Assembly (NCBI GenBank): GCA_011390135.1 | Contig: JAABSZ010000001.1 | Location: forward strand, 13,312 to 77,311 | DNA: 64,000 bases | Reading direction: 5' to 3' | Source of the DNA: Desulfobacteraceae bacterium | GTDB lineage: Bacteria; Desulfobacterota; Desulfobacteria; Desulfobacterales; JAABSP01 | Shown: positions 61,225 to 64,000 of the stretch, in pieces | How positions within the stretch are numbered: the first letter of the stretch is position 1 | How the letters are laid out: each line of letters begins with the position of its first letter | Position numbers and translations under genes: made by a program | The notes under the pieces: model-generated | Database searches by the model: none | What the model saw: the letters and a program-made list of their open reading frames with translations, nothing else | Told to the model about the DNA's origin: nothing

Positions 61225-62337
61225 ATGCACCGTAAGTTCATTCTTTCGATACTCTTTGCAATGCTCTGCTGGACCCCGGGAATCGTTACGGGGCAAAGCA
61301 TTCCCGAATCCGCACCCATCCCGTCGCTGATCGAGAGCCTCCGCTTCGATACTCCGGTCGATTTCTGCGGAGAGAAGGTCCCCCTCGATGATCCGGACAT
61401 TCGGGAGCGGTTGGAGAAGGAGTTTTTGCTGATCCTCTGGGATCGGGCACAGATCGTTCTCTGGATGAAGCGGGCCGGCCGGTATATGCCCTATTTCGAG
61501 AAGACCCTGCGCCAGAACGGGCTGCCGGACGATCTCAAATATGTGGCCGTCATCGAAAGCTCGCTTCTGCCCGCTATCGGCTCCTCTATGGGCGCGGTGG
61601 GATACTGGCAGTTCATCCGGTCAACGGGCCAGAGGTACAACCTCACCATCGACCGGAATCTGGACGAGCGCAGAAGCCTGGAGGATTCAACTATCGCGGC
61701 CATTCGCTATTTCAAGGATCTCCATGCAGAGTTCAGGAACTGGACCCTTTCCGTGGCCGCATACAATATGGGGGAGGCCGGGCTCCGCTCACGTATCCAA
61801 CGCCAGAAGGTGAACAACTACTACCATCTCGATCTGCCCACGGAGACCGAACGCCACCTCTTCAAGATCATTTCTGTCAAACTCATCTTTGAAAATCCCC
61901 GGCGGTACGGCTTTCACTTCGAAGCATCGGATCTCTATTCCTCCCGTCCCCATGACCGGGTGGTGGTGAATTGCTACCGTGATATCCCTTTGACTCTGAT
62001 AGCGGAGGCCGCGGGAACCTACTACAAAAAGATCAAAGACCTCAATCCCCATATTCTGGGAAGCGATTTGGCCAAGGGAAATCATACCATCAAGATTCCA
62101 AAGGGGGCCGGGGAGGGATTTCAGAAGCGTTATCTCTCACTTCTGGAGAAATGGAATGCCGAAAAACAACAACAAAGCTCGGTCAGAAAGATTGTTTACC
62201 GGGTGAAGCGAGGCGACAGCCTGGGACGGATCGCAGAGCGCCACGGCGTGTCGATTGCAAAGCTCGCGAAGTGGAACGGGCTGAACTACAAAAAGCCGAT
62301 CTATCCGGGACAGCAGATCATCATCTACAAAGATTGA
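61225..62337 (+). CDS. Lytic transglycosylase (SLT domain, MltD-like) with a C-terminal LysM
   Basis: RBS aaggag at ATG 61225. Signal peptide ..GIVTG|QSIP. ..AVIESSLLP.. (catalytic Glu-Ser), GYWQF, AAYNMGEAG. LysM YRVKRGDSLGRIAERHGVSIAKLAKWNGL..PGQQIIIY. Confidence 0.8.
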   Translation: MHRKFILSILFAMLCWTPGIVTGQSIPESAPIPSLIESLRFDTPVDFCGEKVPLDDPDIRERLEKEFLLILWDRAQIVLWMKRAGRYMPYFEKTLRQNGLPDDLKYVAVIESSLLPAIGSSMGAVGYWQFIRSTGQRYNLTIDRNLDERRSLEDSTIAAIRYFKDLHAEFRNWTLSVAAYNMGEAGLRSRIQRQKVNNYYHLDLPTETERHLFKIISVKLIFENPRRYGFHFEASDLYSSRPHDRVVVNCYRDIPLTLIAEAAGTYYKKIKDLNPHILGSDLAKGNHTIKIPKGAGEGFQKRYLSLLEKWNAEKQQQSSVRKIVYRVKRGDSLGRIAERHGVSIAKLAKWNGLNYKKPIYPGQQIIIYKD

Positions 62338-62379
62338 CAAAAATTGACAATTCAATAAACAGGAGAAACAGCAGAAAAG

Positions 62380-63147
62380 ATGGATTACGAATGTATTCTC
62401 TATGAGAAAAAGGACTGGGTCGCCATCATAAAGCTCAACCGGCCCAAGGTGCTCAACGCCATGAACAAGCAGCTCTGGCTCGATGTCCAGAGTGCCTTGG
62501 CCGATGCCGGCGCGGACCAGGCCGTCAAGGCGGTCATCTTCACTGGCGAGGGCCGGGCATTTTCCACGGGCGCGGATCTGAAGGAATCTAAGACCCGTTC
62601 GGCCGAGGATTACCGGGATTATCTGACAGAGCTTCAGGAGGCATCGAAAAAGATCATCCGGTATCCCAAGCCGACCATAGCGGCCGTCAACGGCTACGCG
62701 CTCGGCTCCGGCTACGAGCTGGCCCTGGCCTGTGATATCCGGATCGCAGCCGTTGACGCGCAGATCGGCTCCCCCGAGGCAAGGGTGACATCATCGGTGA
62801 CGGGCGGGGCCATGCGGCTCATCCAGGATCTGGTGGGGCCCGGCAAGGCCCGGGAGCTGCTCTTCACTGCCGAAAACATCGACGGGAAAGAGGCCGAACG
62901 GATCGGACTGGTCAACAGAGCGGTCCCCGCAGCGGAACTGATGGATGTCGCGATCGCGATGGCAGAGAAGATCGCGGCCAACTCGGCCTTCTCCATCGGG
63001 ATGATCAAGAAGGGGCTGATCATGGCCAAAGAGGGCGCAAGCCTCGACGCGCTCATGGATTTCGAGATCGAAGGATGCCTGGCCTGCGTCTCCACCAAGG
63101 AGCGGCAGCACTCCCTCGAGAATTTTGAAGAGCGGAAAAGACAATAA
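62380..63147 (+). CDS. Enoyl-CoA hydratase/isomerase (crotonase) family protein
   Basis: ..LNRPKVLNAM.., FSTGADL, AAVNGYALGSGYELALACDIRIA. Confidence 0.85.
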   Translation: MDYECILYEKKDWVAIIKLNRPKVLNAMNKQLWLDVQSALADAGADQAVKAVIFTGEGRAFSTGADLKESKTRSAEDYRDYLTELQEASKKIIRYPKPTIAAVNGYALGSGYELALACDIRIAAVDAQIGSPEARVTSSVTGGAMRLIQDLVGPGKARELLFTAENIDGKEAERIGLVNRAVPAAELMDVAIAMAEKIAANSAFSIGMIKKGLIMAKEGASLDALMDFEIEGCLACVSTKERQHSLENFEERKRQ

Positions 63148-63176
63148 CCTTATTGAAGGAGCAATAGAAGCAGATC

Positions 63177-64000
63177 ATGTCTTTGGATAAGATATTGAAG
63201 GCCAGGTCCGTCGCGATCGTCGGCGCATCCAGAAATGAGACCAAGCGGGGGTATCAGGCCATCCGCACCCTTATCGACGAGCGGTTCGAGGGGGTCATTT
63301 ACCCGGTCAACCCCAAAGAGGAGAGCATCCTCGGTTACAAATGCTATGCCAGGGTCGCGGATATCGAGGGGCCTGTGGATATGGCCCTGATCACCACCCC
63401 GGCCAGGAGCCTTCTCACAGTGCTGCGGGACTGCGGCAAAAAGGGGGTATCGGGCGCGGTGATCATCGCGGGCGGCTTCGGCGAGACCGGCGTGGACGGC
63501 CGGGAGCTGGAGCAGAAGGTGGTGGAGGTGGCCCAGAAGAACGATATCCGTCTCATCGGCCCCAACACCTCCGGCATGATGAACCTGAAGGATCACCTCA
63601 ACCTCGTGGGGCTGCGCAATGCCCCGGAGGGTAACATCGCGCTCCTCTCCCAGAGCGGCAACATGGCCCTCACCCTCATAACCGAGGCCAAGCTCAAAAG
63701 CCAGAAAGGCTTCTCCTACTATGTCGGGGTGGGCAACGAGGCTGACCTGAGGTTCCACGAATACCTGGAGTTTTTCCGAAAGGATAAGGATACCCGGGCC
63801 ATCCTCATGTATGTGGAGGGGATGCGCGACGGCCGGAAGTTTCTCCAGCAGGCATACAAGACCACCCTGGAAAAGCCGGTGATCCTGCTGAAAAGCGGCC
63901 GCTCCTCCATCGGCAAGCGTTCGGCCGGCTCCCACACCGGTGCTCTTGCGGGGATCTCGGAAGTGGCCAGAACCGCATTCAAAAGGGCCGGGATCGTGGT
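63177..64000 (+). CDS. ADP-forming acyl-CoA synthetase / CoA-binding protein (N-terminal part, continues past the window)
   Basis: Not in the ORF track because there is no stop in the window. ATG at 63177 reads MSLDKILKARSVAIVGASRNETKRGYQAIRTL..IYPVNPKE..ALITTPA..AVIIAGGFGETG..IGPNTSGMMN..LLSQSGNMA..YVGVGNEAD..GSHTGALAG. The listed antisense ORF 63150..63935(-) is therefore spurious. Confidence 0.8.
   Translation, partial: MSLDKILKARSVAIVGASRNETKRGYQAIRTLIDERFEGVIYPVNPKEESILGYKCYARVADIEGPVDMALITTPARSLLTVLRDCGKKGVSGAVIIAGGFGETGVDGRELEQKVVEVAQKNDIRLIGPNTSGMMNLKDHLNLVGLRNAPEGNIALLSQSGNMALTLITEAKLKSQKGFSYYVGVGNEADLRFHEYLEFFRKDKDTRAILMYVEGMRDGRKFLQQAYKTTLEKPVILLKSGRSSIGKRSAGSHTGALAGISEVARTAFKRAGIV

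Overview
Chromosomal segment that is mostly GC-rich, with tight operons and many ATGA-type start/stop overlaps. The gene content (sigma-54 regulation, CBS proteins, acyl-CoA metabolism) suggests a Desulfobacterota-like bacterium, but that is inference only. Housekeeping anchors are tRNA-Asn(GTT), aspS, hisS, an acyl-CoA dehydrogenase, a crotonase, an ADP-forming acyl-CoA synthetase and a carbamate kinase. The striking part is a ~31 kb block (about 5989-37155) made almost entirely of secreted, lipoprotein or membrane proteins in three co-located operons. (i) A minus-strand operon encodes LPP20/FlgP-like, FlgT_N-like, TPR and two CsgG/FlgO-like peptidoglycan-binding proteins. (ii) A plus-strand operon encodes a secreted vWA protein, a LolD-like ATPase, a MacB/FtsX-type permease, a periplasmic FGE/SUMF1-domain protein, lipoproteins, a triple PG-binding protein and an S41 protease. 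This is the domain inventory of the Pseudomonas TagQRST/PpkA envelope-sensing module, yet no T6SS genes are in the window. (iii) A minus-strand operon encodes an FHA-gated ABCG-type exporter, a TerY-like vWA protein, an atypical Ser/Thr kinase and Ig/PEGA envelope proteins, flanked by a four-member family of LEA_2/WHy-like secreted paralogs. My best candidate for an undescribed system is a trans-envelope sensing, Thr-phosphorylation and FHA-gated export machine. A periplasmic glutaminyl cyclase lipoprotein sits next to the block, and many predicted mature N-termini begin with Gln. Other notable items are a sigma-54/two-component cluster with a recurring AAFAEA(G/D) peptide motif and a pseudo-receiver, a TIR protein with a truncated CHAT-like domain, a cytoplasmic DUF1566-fused kinase, a decayed DUF1016 nuclease and several intergenic repeats and hairpins. 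No CRISPR array, IS element, integrase or prophage is visible.
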